Part shown: piece by piece, positions 36,936 to 49,146 of the stretch | How positions within the stretch are numbered: the first letter of the stretch is position 1 | Layout: every line of letters begins with the position of its first letter | Assembly: GCF_030144855.1 (NCBI RefSeq) | Contig: NC_082711.1 | Location: 149,668,001-149,732,000 of the forward strand | From: Hypanus sabinus | Lineage: Eukaryota | Reading direction: 5' to 3' | Length of the DNA: 64,000 nt | Made by a program: the position numbers and the translations under genes | The notes under the pieces: generated by a model | Databases searched by the model: none | The model's input: only the letters and a program-made list of their open reading frames with translations | Told to the model about the DNA's origin: nothing

Positions 36936-38764
36936 CTACAATCTTTAAGAGAGGGGACCTGGAAGATTGTAACATCGGAACAGCGAGTTACTGGTCTGCG
37001 CTCTCATTGTTGCAGGAACAGCCTCTCTCACTGGAGAGGGAGAGCCTGGCTGAGATACCAAATTGCTTGCTTGTGGACAGTAGTTTGATAGGCTCTGCAT
37101 CAATGGACTCTTTGGTGCTTCTGCTGTTGCTTGCAAGATGGGGGTTGGGGTGGGGGGGGGTTCATTACTTCTGCTGGTACAGTTGGGTGGGGTGGGATTG
37201 TTCTTTTTGCTGCTACTTGTACGAAGGAATAACGGGCTTTGATGTTTTTATCATTCTATGCAGTTTTGTTTCTGTGAAGGGGACAAATTTCAGGTTGTGT
37301 ACTGGATACATACTCCGATATTAAATGTATTTTGAAACTTCGAGAAAAAACCCATCAGGCAATAAATTCTGGGTAGATGAGGTGTGGTGTAATATTTTAA
37401 ATAATCATACCGCTAACTTTTCCACTTCCTTTAGGAAATCAGCACAATAATTAAAATGTTACTGTAGGAAGCAGGAAACTTACAAAATAGAAAAGCTTCT
37501 GTTTAAAAAGAAATTGATTCAAAATCGTCATACAGTACTATTCTTCAGCTACAGAATCTGATGCTTGTATCTGTAATGCTGCATAATACACAACATCTGA
37601 CACTTGCCCTGCTGTTGTTAGGTTTGACAGTGATGGCTTAATTTACACTTGGCTGTACCTGGATACCTTCAAGTCCAGGTATCGCGCTTTGCACTCTCAG
37701 CAAACACCAAGGTCAAACCAGGTTCTTTTTACAAGTCCAGAAAATTGTTCCTCATTCACTGTTGACTCCCACTCTGCATTGAACCTATAAAAGAAATCTG
37801 AATCTGTAAAGGGAGTAGTGCATCTCACTACTGAGGTTCCAGAACCACCAACAATCTCCCACTTGCCTTCATCTCCATGTTTCTGAATTTACATAAACAT
37901 GAATAATTTAAGCTGTTACTTTAATAGGTCTTTTAAATTCACTTCCACGTGTTTTATAAATATTTTACATTATACAATTTGGAAGACAAATGGTGGTGAA
38001 AATGTTAGCTAGCCTGTCTTTCAGTGTTGAGATGTAGTCACTTTTAAGATCTTAACACCTCCTCATACTTGGCAGCTCAAAGGTCGGCAATTTCATTCTG
38101 AAAAGACACCCACAGCAAATGTCAACTGGATGCATGTCTAATCCTTGCCATCATCCTTCAGTGCAGAAGCTATTTGCTTTGGGAAATTAAGAATTTTAAA
38201 GGCAATTTCAGGCAACAGAGATGGCCTCAGTAGGTGGTTTTATCAATTGCTAATTCCCATCTTAAATTGCTGCTCATTTCCTGCCATCTTTTCAGAACTT
38301 CATAATTATTTATTATCCCTCTCTTCGATCTGGGGCATTTACCTGCTGCAATTAGCAATTGCCTTCTAGCACATAAGTGCAATTCCAATCAATTAATGTG
38401 CAAATGCCTTAACTCGTAGCCCACGGTTACACTGGTGAACTGATTAAGCCATCAAAGGTGCCAAATTCATTTTAAATCTATCTATTTTAAAATCATCCCG
38501 GGAGTGAATGTGAAACAGTTATCTAACATGCAGTGACTAACTCGCTAATTCTAATTAGTTCAATATTCATTAATAAAGCCTTCCCTATCTGACTTTATCT
38601 TTCAATGTCTAAGGGCGTCTCAGCAAATCTGATTCCATCATTTTGTTCAAACCTTACAACCTCTACCCACACCAATACTGTATGTCACAAACACCATCTG
38701 ATATTCCCATCTTCTTTTACACCAGCTTTTTGAGTTTATACTTGACCTTCAATCAAGCACAAGT

Positions 38765-39018
38765 GTGCGTGGCACAGTAGTGTAGTAGCTAAATCAGAGC
38801 TTTACAGTACAGGTGACCCTGGTTCAATTCCAACTGCTGCCCGTAAAGAGTTTGTACAATCTTCCAGTGACTGCATGGGTTTCCTCTGAGTGCTCCATAC
38901 TGGTTGATGGGTTAATTGGCCATTGTAAATTGTCCTATGATTAAGCTAGGATTAAATTGTGCATGGCTCAAAGGGCTGGAAGGGTCTACTCCGCACTGCA
39001 CCTCAATCAATAAATAAA
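38765..39018 (+). mobile_element. HE1-like V-SINE
   Basis: A-box region, ggttcaattcc B-box, gagtttgtac..gggtttcctc, taattggccattgtaaattgtcc, AATAAATAAA tail. Confidence 0.88.
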
Positions 39019-39252
39019 TGTTTTCCTTTCAGACGGTTCATCTTTTAATGGGATGACAGAAGGAATGCAGTTTGTTCAGGCAGTGTCCTGGAGATCTATA
39101 CCTGAATTGAAGAGTATTAATTCTGGAAGACACAAGGATTGCATGGTTCAATCATAAGTTTACCAGTTACCTGCTCCTGGAGTCACAAATGTGGAAACAA
39201 ACTATCACAGCCCTTTGATATTTCTGATTTTAATTTTGTTGAGATTGATGCA

Positions 39253-39440
39253 GAAACGCACACAAAATGTTGGAGAAACTCAGCAAGTCAGTTAGCCTCC
39301 ATGGAGGAGAATAAACATTTCTGTCCAAGACCCTTCATCAGCCTTGGTTAAGGGTCTCGGCCTGAAACACTGACTGTTCATTCTCTTCCATGGATGCTAA
39401 CTGACTTGCTCAGTTCCTCCAAAATTTTGTATGCATTTCC
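39253..39440. mobile_element. Fold-back Penelope-like element with degenerate hammerheads
   Basis: agacccttcatcag..taagggtctcggcctgaaac centre; arms cacaaaatgttggagaaactcagcaagtcagttagc / gctaactgacttgctcagttcctccaaaattttg. Confidence 0.8.
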
Positions 39441-40433
39441 TCAAAACTACAATTTTGTTCCAGTGGTGAATAGATATCATCTGACCCCCAATCAGTCTGA
39501 GGGGACCTTCTGTAAAAGCCGATGTGGAGATTTCACTGTGGCCTGCTGCATGGTTCAGCAAATTGACAACAATACTCGGTGAAGATGAAGAGTGCCTCAA
39601 GGACCAAACACCTGAGAAGCAAGAGGAGCTGAGAATGAAGAAGACTACTTGAGAAGGTAGGGGAAAATCTGAGCACTATCCAGTGCACCTTCAAGTGGAA
39701 TGGAGGAGAGTGAAAATGACTATATGGGAAAGAAGTGTTTCCAAGACACCCTTGTCATAATCAACCCGACAAATTATAGTTTCCAATGCAGAAGAAGTGC
39801 CCTTCTCTAAAGTTCAATCATTAACCAACACAGCTCACCAGTAATCAAGCAAGAGGATCCAGCTGACATGTAATAACCCTCACACTCTTCCTTGATCAAT
39901 GAATCTCACTACTAAAGTGACTTCCGAGAAGCAGTTTCAGATGTATGCAGTTCACCCTGACAGTGTGCAAGTTACTTTAGGATGCATGAGGAAGTGGGGC
40001 CAAATCGTTTGATATGACCTCTATTAACCCCTAGTAGGTTTCCTTTTACCTGGGGTGCCCCCTTTCATCAGGTTTAGGGATGCTCACCCTCTCTCTTCTA
40101 TTGTATCAGAAGTTGTGTTGCCACTGCCTGCCACTAGCGACATATCCTTGTCAATTTGGCAACAAAACACAATCCTGTCAGAAGATGTGCTGATCTCTTT
40201 TAAATGCATAATCCTGGCTGAAAAATACCCTTACATTTTTTTCTAGGAGTTTGCCAATTTTGCAATGTTCTTTACAGGGGATCTATTCCAGTTTCTAGGT
40301 AGGCATGTTTATTGGCAGAACCACATAACCAATAAACTAGAAGTTGAGGGACAGCATAAAATCCAAAGTAAACAGTACACTGTTTATTGAAGTTAATTTG
40401 ATCAGTCAACAAAAAAAATTCAACTGGTTAGAA

Positions 40434-40655
40434 CAACACACACAAACTGCTGGTGGAACGCAGCAGGCCAGGCAGCACCTATAGGAAGAAGCGCAGTCGA
40501 CGTTTCAGGCCGAGACCCTTTGTCAAGATTGATGAAGGGTCTCGACCCGAAACGTTGCCCTCTTCTCCCTACAGATGCTACCTGGCCTGCTGCATTCCAT
40601 CAGCATTTTGTGTGTGTTGCTTAAATTTTCAGTATCTGCAGATCTCCTCGTGTCT
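40434..40655. mobile_element. Fold-back Penelope-like element with two back-to-back hammerhead remnants
   Basis: TSD actggttagaa (40423-40433) / actggatagaa (40656-40666). Minus core reads UUGACAA..GAAACGUC and plus core reads UUGAUGA..GAAACGUU. Confidence 0.88.
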
Positions 40656-40741
40656 ACTGGATAGAAAGTATTTATAGAAAATAAACAGATGCATCACTAA
40701 TTATGTTTCTATCTCCAGAGATGCAGCCTCCCAGCTGAGTA

Positions 40742-41971
40742 CAGTGGACTCTGATTAATTGGACTATCGAAATCATGGCAGCCGCTTATTTGGGACAACT
40801 CCTAAAATAACAAAAACTAATCAAGAAAATAACCTGGATTCCCTTTGTTTATTTGGGATGCTGTTTAATTGGGACAGGAAACTGTTTCTAACTATCATCA
40901 GTCACATGCACTTGCGTGGCTGTTAGACATTGCATGGCACTTAGAGCAAACAGATCTTAAACAGCGTTAGTTGCGTGTGTTTGTGTTCAAAAAGCAGCTA
41001 TTTTTGTCACTGATATTTAGTGAAAAATAAGCAGTAAGACCATCCAGAATTCTTTTGCTCACTGCAGCTTCAAGTATTCAGGGTTTGAGATGCGAGACAC
41101 AGCTGGGAGTGAAAACGAAACAATTTCACTACATCAGCAAGTTAAGAACTCAAGAATTTGAAGGCATTGATAACCATCTTGAACGTTACAATGAAAACAA
41201 AAATTTGGGGGACGCACTCATTGAAAATATTGTATGAAGTCAGTTCATTATCTACACTAGATGTATGCACTGGTTTTCTTCATTTACAGCCAATCAAAGG
41301 AACACGCAGAATACACTGGATGAATTCCTCCATCGATAACTATTATGAACTAAGAGAAAGTTTTATGGTACTCTAGTAGTATTGGTAGTTTTCTAATATG
41401 TTCTGTATTTCATTAAAATACACCTGTGTACATACATTTACTGATGCCTCTGGACACATCATCAGTGATGTTCCTGGAATCATCGGGTGTTTTGGGTCTT
41501 TCAACATCACACACCCTTCTCCAGGTGACCCAGCCGGGGCTGATCAGACCCCAGCTTGTGTCCAGATGGCTCCATGGCTCCCCTCTTTTGAGCCACAGCC
41601 ATCCTGAGGTCCTCTCTGCTGCATCAGTGGTATTGCGGATGGCTCTCCTCTTCCTCTCTCCCTCGATGCCTAAATTGCTGTAGGCTCTGGCTAAGGAACG
41701 GGCTGCGAATCCCCTACAACCGACTTCCACTGGGAGACACCTCACTCTCCATCCAGCCTGCTGGCAGTTGCTGACCAGTCCTGTATACTTAGAGAGCTTC
41801 CTTTCAAAGGCCTCTTCCAAGCGATCTTCCCATAATTTTTAATCAGTTAAAATTAGTTTGTCTTTTTTATACCTTTTAACTATTTCCACGAAACTTTAGC
41901 TTATTGGGAAGCTGCTTAAATGGACAAAAAAGTACAAGTCCCAGCGTGTCCTAATTAACTGGAATCCACTG
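40742..41971 (+). mobile_element. Non-autonomous Tigger/pogo-like element, copy 2
   Basis: TA TSD (40740-40741, 41972-41973); TIRs CAGTGGACTCTGATTAATTGG / CTAATTAACTGGAATCCACTG; colinear with 4959-5744. Confidence 0.88.
41423..41832 (-). mobile_element. HERO-clade non-LTR retrotransposon 3' fragment (restriction-like endonuclease end plus 3' UTR)
   Basis: WEDRLEEAFERKLSKY..GWRVRCLPVEVGCRGFAARSL..AAERTSGWLWLKR; the segment is absent from Tigger copy 1. Confidence 0.85.
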
Positions 41972-42081
41972 TATTTCCTCCTCTGTGTTTTGCTTCCATT
42001 TTTTGGGAAATGTCTTTGCTTTCGATTATTATCCAAATTTACTAATTAAAGAGTGGAGGAAACAAGCTAGGATTTTTTTTA

Positions 42082-42390
42082 AGATTGGCTCTATTTGGCA
42101 CATGAACATTGAAGCATCGAAGCATACAGTGAAATGCATGTTTTGCAACAGCGACTAAAACAATCCGAGAACTGTGCTGAGGGCATCCCGCAAGTGTCAC
42201 CAAACTTCTAGTGCCAACAATTTACTAACCCTCACTGTAGACCTTTAGAATGGGGAAAGAAACCGGAGCAGCCAGAGGAAACACAGGTAAAACATACAAG
42301 CTCCTCACAGACAGCATTTGGAATCATACTGAGCCTGATCAGTTATCACTGGCGCCGGAAAGCAATTATGCTAACCACTATGCTACAACC
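42082..42390 (-). mobile_element. V-SINE with a different (non-CR1) 3' tail
   Basis: Reverse V-domain gaaaccggagcagccagaggaaacac and A-box gctaaccacta. The tail matches 50112-50222, not the CR1-like tail. Confidence 0.75.
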
Positions 42391-44934
42391 AATCCACGTA
42401 AAATCTGAGCAATTTCTCCAGAATAAAAATGCACATGGGAGAATAAGTACAAATAAATTCTGCACCTAAAATCAATTTAGTGACCTACAGCTGTGTGCAC
42501 ACCAACTTTGATTTATAACAAACTCACTCTCTCCTTTCTGCTCTGGCTGTCAGTAATGCAGTTCCTTGCGTTTGACTTGAAACTTTGGTCTCCTTGCTCG
42601 CACAAGGCATCGTTTTTAAATGATTAGATTTGCCTTAATGAACAGAGTGAGATAACTGTTTGCTTTACAACCACAGGTTAGCTTTCATCCACTTACAGCT
42701 AAACTGCAGTATGACAGTGAAAGAGGAGTAAACCTTGCGCAGCACAACTGTTCACTGTTTCTAGATTGCACGAAGAACATTTCTGTTGTAAATTGGGCAT
42801 TCAGTCTCAAAGATGGCAACCGGGATCATTTAAATTAGTGCCACCTTCAGATTGGAAATTTTTAAACTCCCACTGGCAAATCACGCCAAATCAAACATCA
42901 TGCTGAGGAAACAGCTCTGTCTTAGATGAGAGTACTTTGTAATTTGCTTTTATATTGAATTAGATGTGTTTGATCAAACAAAATGAGTAATTCTTGCCAG
43001 TCTTCATTATTGTTTGTTTTGCACATATTAAATGCTAGTGAAAAATATAACTACACATCTGACCTTACCTTAAATATCAAAATAGTCTATGCTTTAGAAG
43101 ATAGAGCAATGAGCTGGGAGACTGATGTTTTTCAGATGTAATTACAATGGCAGAACAGTAAATAAGCAAATGGTGATTTCAAGTTATAAAAAACATAAAT
43201 AGGACTTGAGGCAATGATAAGATCACTTGAGGCTGATGGTGGGTATTAGCCACACTTAGACAAGATTGTTATCAGTGGGTTAATGTCTTTACAGTGAAAA
43301 GCAAGACTTTGAACAGCATGTTATCAGGCTATCTGACAGACAGATAGGCCCCCACTCTTCCTTCACTCAAGCACCATTTCCTGGATAATGAAATGACAAA
43401 CACTAAAGGGACAACAGATTTCATGAAAGGGTTCAGAATCAAGAGCCAACTTTTTACATCAAGCACTTAAAACCAATTTAGCTATGGTAAACCAGCAAAG
43501 CTTTGTAAACAGCAAGCTTTATTGAATTCAGCAGACTGTATTGTTACCCAGATTAGCTACCTCCATTTCTTCAAGATGAGAGAATGGTTCTCTTGAAAGG
43601 GGAGATCTCTCCTAAACAACTGATAAGAAATTTATCAATATTATGTCTACTTAGTACTTCCATGAAAAGCTTTTCGTGTTCTTGAAAAGTTATATCAGCC
43701 CGGACTGCTTCATTGATTGGGAACAAATTAATCTGCTCAACGTTCTTCCACAATTTAAACATTTTTGCAAAACCTTTGCTGAAGGATATGTTCACTTTAA
43801 TAGAAATTTCACAATAAGCAAAATCAGGGTCAGGACACAATGGAATAACTTTAAAATCACACTGCTCATGTGAAGATTCTGCTCATTGCCAAAACTTCAT
43901 ACACCGCAACTCTGATGGCTGAAAATGAGGATATGAGTCTGGCCAATCCTTATTCCTTCAGCATGAGTAAACAAGCAAAATATCCCATTGTCGTTAACAG
44001 GGATTTGCAGCACAATTGGCAATTGCACTTGTTACTCCAACACTGACCACAGTTTAAAAGTATACCATTAGCTTCAGTCTGCTTCAACATGATCTGAGAT
44101 GGTGCAAACTACTATTATGAATCCATAGCTTTTTTTATATAGACGCTTCCCAAATGGGCTTTGGGAATCTGATGAACCGGTTCCACAATTCAAGTGTTAC
44201 GCACTGCCTTTGTGATTGATGTCTCCATTAGCAGAGTGGACCTTTAATCCACTGGGCTGGACACAGAGGGACAATTACAATGCAGTTGACTCAGGTGGTG
44301 AGGTGTTAGCAGCCACTGGGCCTTGGAGCCAGGGATTTCTGACATGGGTTTTGAGGGAAGGGAAATCTTGGGGGAAGATCTTTGCCTTGTGTAAAGCTGG
44401 GACTGGATTTATGACATTCAGAATAATTTTAAAAGCTCAAAATTAAAAGCATTAATAAAAATATTTTAGTTTTTTTAAAGTAATTAAAATAGTAAATCAC
44501 ACACATTTAGGAATATTAAACTATAGTAATTAACAATAACTGTAGGTTTAGAAGTCCCAGTGAAATAAAGGGAGTTCCAGATTCTACACTAGGTCTGACC
44601 TGATGTGGGTTGTGATGGGTAACTTCCCAACAGAAATGCTGGGGATTCTAAATGAGATTAAACTCCACCACAGGTTTCCAGATGCAGCTCAACAATGTGT
44701 CAGCATGACAGCCTGACACCCGCTACCTCCAGTAAGCTTTAGACTCCTAAAATTCCATGAGGTAGAAGAAGAAGATTGAGACCTATTAAAATTTTGAGAA
44801 TTGGTGGTTCCTATCAGAACTGTCAACTCCATTCAGCAAGATTTACCAACTGCATTAATGGCTGGACCAATTTAACATCACTTTAATTCACAAGTGGAAA
44901 AATTGAAGAAGTTGATGTCAATATTCTCCAGCCA

Positions 44935-45560
44935 CAAACTTGTAAGTTTTTTATTGTGCTTAAATAAGTAAGTTGCCCTGAAGTGCTTTGCGGGAGCCCT
45001 ATTTGACAGAATTTGACATTGTGCCACAAGATGAAACAGTAGCCAAAAGCTACTGAAAAAGAAGTTGATCACGCAGCATGAGAGCAGAGTGGTTAGCACA
45101 ACACTTTAAAGTGGAGGTAGCCCAGGTTCAATTCCCGCCACTGCTTGTAAGGAGTCTCTACAGTCTCCATGTGACCTCCCACAGTCCAAAGACGTACCAA
45201 TTTGTAGTGTAATTGGTCATTGTAAATTGTCCCGTGATTAGGTTGGGGTTAAACTGATGGGCAGTGTGGTTTCTGCATGATATAAAAAAATGAGCAACAA
45301 AGAGAGGGTATGAATAGAGTGATCTAGGGAGGGAATTAAAGAGTTTTAAGACAACTGAAGGCTGAATACTATGGCTGACAAGAGCCCAATGCAGACATTT
45401 CAGATGGCTGCAGATTAGGTTGGAGGGGAAATAATAAAGTGGTTTGGTCCGCAAAGATTGGGATGAAACTGTTGAAGTAGTAACGACCTATAAAAATAGA
45501 TAGCCAAGGAGCAATGATCTGTGTGTGGATTATTGAAGACATTCTTTATGGAAAGAATGT
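44935..45560 (-). mobile_element. Ancient L2 3' fragment interrupted by a V-SINE
   Basis: gccctgaagtgctttgcggga..aatttgacattgtgccacaag..tagggagggaattaaagag..caactgaaggc matches the recalled reverse L2 3' end. Confidence 0.55.
45073..45290 (+). mobile_element. HE1-like V-SINE
   Basis: gtggttagcacaac, ggttcaattccc, ctcccacagtccaaagacgtacc, taattggtcattgtaaattgtcccgtgattagg. Confidence 0.88.
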
Positions 45561-46704
45561 TGCTATTTTATAATTTATCTTATCCACTTTATACATTATT
45601 TTATTACAATAAAGAAAAATTAAGTTTTCATCTACAAGATTAGATCTTACATTATAAAATAAAGTTGATGTCACTCGTGTATATTATAGATCTCTCAGGA
45701 ACTATCTGTTTCAAATGAAAAGCAATTCAGATTAAATTATCACCATTCAGAGATTTAAATGTGAAGAGTTTATTTCCACAACCAATCTTGGTTTAGCCTC
45801 CCAAACTACATCAGGTTGTGCTGCATTGTCTCAACAGAGGCAGCCAACAACTAGGCATAATTCTAAAGAAATGTTTCCCAAGGAAGTAATTAGTTTTCAT
45901 TTAGTATGATGACAAATTGATCCAGCGTGAATCACACCTACCTAGGAATCTAAAGTGTTGTGCCTGCAGCCCCTGTTGCCAAGTCACAGGTGTAAAGTTG
46001 TATTTATTCAGTGGAAACACAATCCCCTGATCTCAACCCTCACCCCATCAGTGTTGGGTGTGAAGTGGAGCTGGAGAGGGAGAAGAGGAGGATAAAAGGC
46101 ATAGTTCATTATCACCTCACTTGAAGTGTGAAAAAAGTGTGAAGAGGGTAGTTGTGGGAACGCTTGTGCTGGTGGCAACCTGCAAGTCATTTGAAAGCGA
46201 ATGAATGGAACTGCAGAACAGGACGGTCAAGTTAGAGATTTACATGGATCTGGAACAGCACCAAACATACAGAAAAGGTGTAATGTTGTCATGATGGCTT
46301 TGGCAGCTATCATATGATACAAACATTAGTAGGAACGGTAGTTAACTAACTAGATACCAATAAAACACAAAGTGAATCTCATATTTTAGATATGTAAAAT
46401 TTCATTTCTTTTAAATTAATAGATTATTACTTGAAACAGTCCCTTTTGGCAGGAAGGCTGATAATGATGGAAAATAGATTTATGTCAATTGTCAAAAAAA
46501 AAATAACCAGAGGGATGAGAAGTTAGTTATAGCCTGGAATGCCGACCAAAGGTGGTCGGAAAAGATAAGTTTTCAAAGGGGATTTGGAGTAATTGCAATG
46601 ATTTAGGCAAAGAGAGGGAGTGTGTATAATTGTGAATGGTAGCCATTTCCAACAAAAAGTGCTTCCCAAGTGGGAAATCCTTAAAATTACTCTTTTACAA
46701 ATAC

Positions 46705-47450
46705 CAGGATCTATCCTGGGCCAAACACATTGATGGGATCACGAAGAAAGCATACCAGTGGCTAAGGGGGATATTAGAGGAAGGTTTTTTACTCAGAGAG
46801 TGGTAGGTGCGTGGAATGCACTGCCTGAGTCAGTGGTGGAGGCAGATACATTAGTGAAATTTAAGAGACTACTAGACAGGTATATGGAAGAATTTAAGGT
46901 GGGGGATTATATGGGAGGCAGGGTTCAAGGGTCAGCACAACATTGTGGGCTGAAGGGCCTGTACTGTGTTGTACTATTCTATGTTCTATATAGCCATGCT
47001 TCAAGAGGAGCTTGAGGAGATTTGGTGTCTCACCAAAAAGCATTCTGACTGGTTGCATCACCGCCTAGCAAGGAGACTCCAATGTGCAGGACAGAAAATG
47101 GCTGCAGAGTGTTATACACTCAGACAGTTGGGACAACCCTCCCCACCATCAAGGTAATCTTCAAAAGGCAGTGCCTCTAGAAGCCATCATTAAGGACCCT
47201 CATCATCTAGGACCTACTCTCTTTTCATTACTACCAGGAGGTAAAAGACCCTGCAGCCCCACACAGAATGTTTCAGGAACAGCTTCTGCCATCAGATTTC
47301 TGAATGGTCCATGAACCCATAAACCCTGCTATTCCTCTTTGACGTACTATTTTTGTAACGTATCGTAACTTTTCTATCTTGCACTCTACTACTGCTACAC
47401 AGTAACCAATTTCACGACATGTCAGTGATAATAAATCTAATTCTGATTTG
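46705..47450 (+). mobile_element. Rex1/Babar 3' fragment interrupted by a CR1 insertion
   Basis: DLSWAKHIDGITKKAYQ (46709-), then SLRRFG, SILTGCITA and IIKDPHHLG motifs; tail taataaatctaattctgatt. Confidence 0.8.
46760..46990 (+). mobile_element. Young CR1 3' fragment
   Basis: RGRFFTQRVVGAWNALPESVVEADTLVKFKRLLDRYM followed by a ..ctattctatgttctat tail. Confidence 0.92.
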
Positions 47451-47755
47451 GTCCCACACGATTTGATCTCTAAATTTGTGGGAGACAGCTCTTTCAAGAT
47501 GAGGAGGCTGGGACAATGTAAGGTCTACACTGACCTACTTGTAGGAATAGGTGGTAACAAGTAGGTTCTATTAAATATATTTCTTGTTCAAGCCTTTCGA
47601 ATGGCATTGTATAACATAGACTTTGGTTCTTCTTAGAATTATTCAGAATGACTATCTAATTTAGCAGGCCTTAAGTAGAAAATATATGCTGGTCTGGAAT
47701 AGCTGAGATGAATTACCAGACCTAGTAATGCATATTCCATGTAAATGCACTGTTA

Positions 47756-47845
47756 CAAGACAAAATGCAGGAGGAACTAAGCTGGTCAGGAAGTATCTAT
47801 GGATGGAAATAGTCAACTTTTGGGCGGAGACCTTTCATCAGGACT
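47756..47845 (-). mobile_element. Penelope-like pLTR fragment with degenerate hammerhead
   Basis: Minus strand agtcCTGATGAaaggtctccgccc-AAAA-gttgact; GAAA is mutated. Confidence 0.75.
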
Positions 47846-48164
47846 CTCTTGTGTCACAAGAAAGTGGATGGATGGTCATGACATGCTACTAAATTAATCA
47901 ATATAAATTTAGCAAGTAGCACATAAATGATTTCCCTCCATTCCTCAAAACAACCACTTCGTAAATAAATGTTCTAGTGGTCCAATGGTTGGCATTGGAG
48001 CAAATTACAAACTTGAAACATGTCATGGATTCGCAGTCCATTATGGAAGCCATCCAGTGTTATTATCCAGGTAAATCTCTTACATATTCCTCAATACATA
48101 CGAGCAACTTCATAAATTACTTTGAAATTAACCTTAGCTTTGCTATGCAAGTTTGAAGATATTT

Positions 48165-49146
48165 TCTAGTGTACATCAAGCTATGAACACCACCATACCC
48201 TAAACAAGCTCCAAAACCTGGGCCACTGTACCTCCTTCTTCAATTGGATCCTTGACTGCCTCATCGGGACACCACAGTCAGAGTGGATCGGAAATGACAT
48301 TTCCTCCTCACTGACAATCAAATCAATCAATTGACACACCTCGAGGATGTGTGCTTAGCTCATTATTCTACTCTCTTTACACCCACAACTGTGGGGCTAT
48401 GCACCCCTCAAATGTCATTTGTAAATTTGATGATGAAACAACTGCTGTAGGCAGAATTTCAGATGGCGATGAGGCGGCGTACACGACTGAGACAAATCAG
48501 CCGGTTGAATGGTGACGTAACAACAACCTTGCACACAATGTCAGTAAGACCAAGGAACTGATTGTGGACTTCTGCAAGGGGAAGAAAAGTGAACGTGCAC
48601 CATTCCTTATTGAGAGATCATCAGCGGAAAAAATGAACAGTTTCAAGTTTCTAGGTGTCAAAACACTCCCAAATTTCGACAGCTGTACTGTGAAGTACAT
48701 TCTAACTGGCTGTGTCACCATCAGGTATGGAAGGGCCGCTGCACAGGATTGGAAATAGTTGCTTAAAGTTAGATCCACCATAGGCACTAGTCTCCCAGCA
48801 ACAGAGGACACTTTCAAAAGTCAATGCCTCAAAAAAGTGGCGTCCATCATTAAGGACCCCCATCACCCAGGGCGAGCCCTCTTCTCGTTACTACCAAAGG
48901 AGGTACAGGAGCCTGCAGGCACACACTCAAAATTTTAGGAACAGTTTCTCTCCCTCCATCATCAGGTTTCTAAATAGACATGTACACCACCTCACATGCT
49001 CTCTTTTTGCATGAGTTATGTAATGTTATTTTTATATAGACATATTTCATATTGAAGTTTATTATTATTATGCATTTCATTGTACTGCTGCTGCAAAACA
49101 ACACATTTCCATGACATATGCCAGTGATATTAAACCAGATTCTGAT
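48165..49146 (+). mobile_element. Rex1/Babar LINE RT and 3' fragment, decayed
   Basis: TPRGCVLSSLFYSLYTHNC, KFDDETT (cf. FADDTT), NVSKTKELIVDF, ILTGCVTIRYG, SIIKDPHHPG; tail attaaaccagattctgat. Confidence 0.9.

Noticed and set aside
41452-41510. Hammerhead in the HERO 3' UTR (minus-strand CTGATGA)
   Set aside because: GAAA is absent in this copy and no correctly placed UH/helix III can be built.
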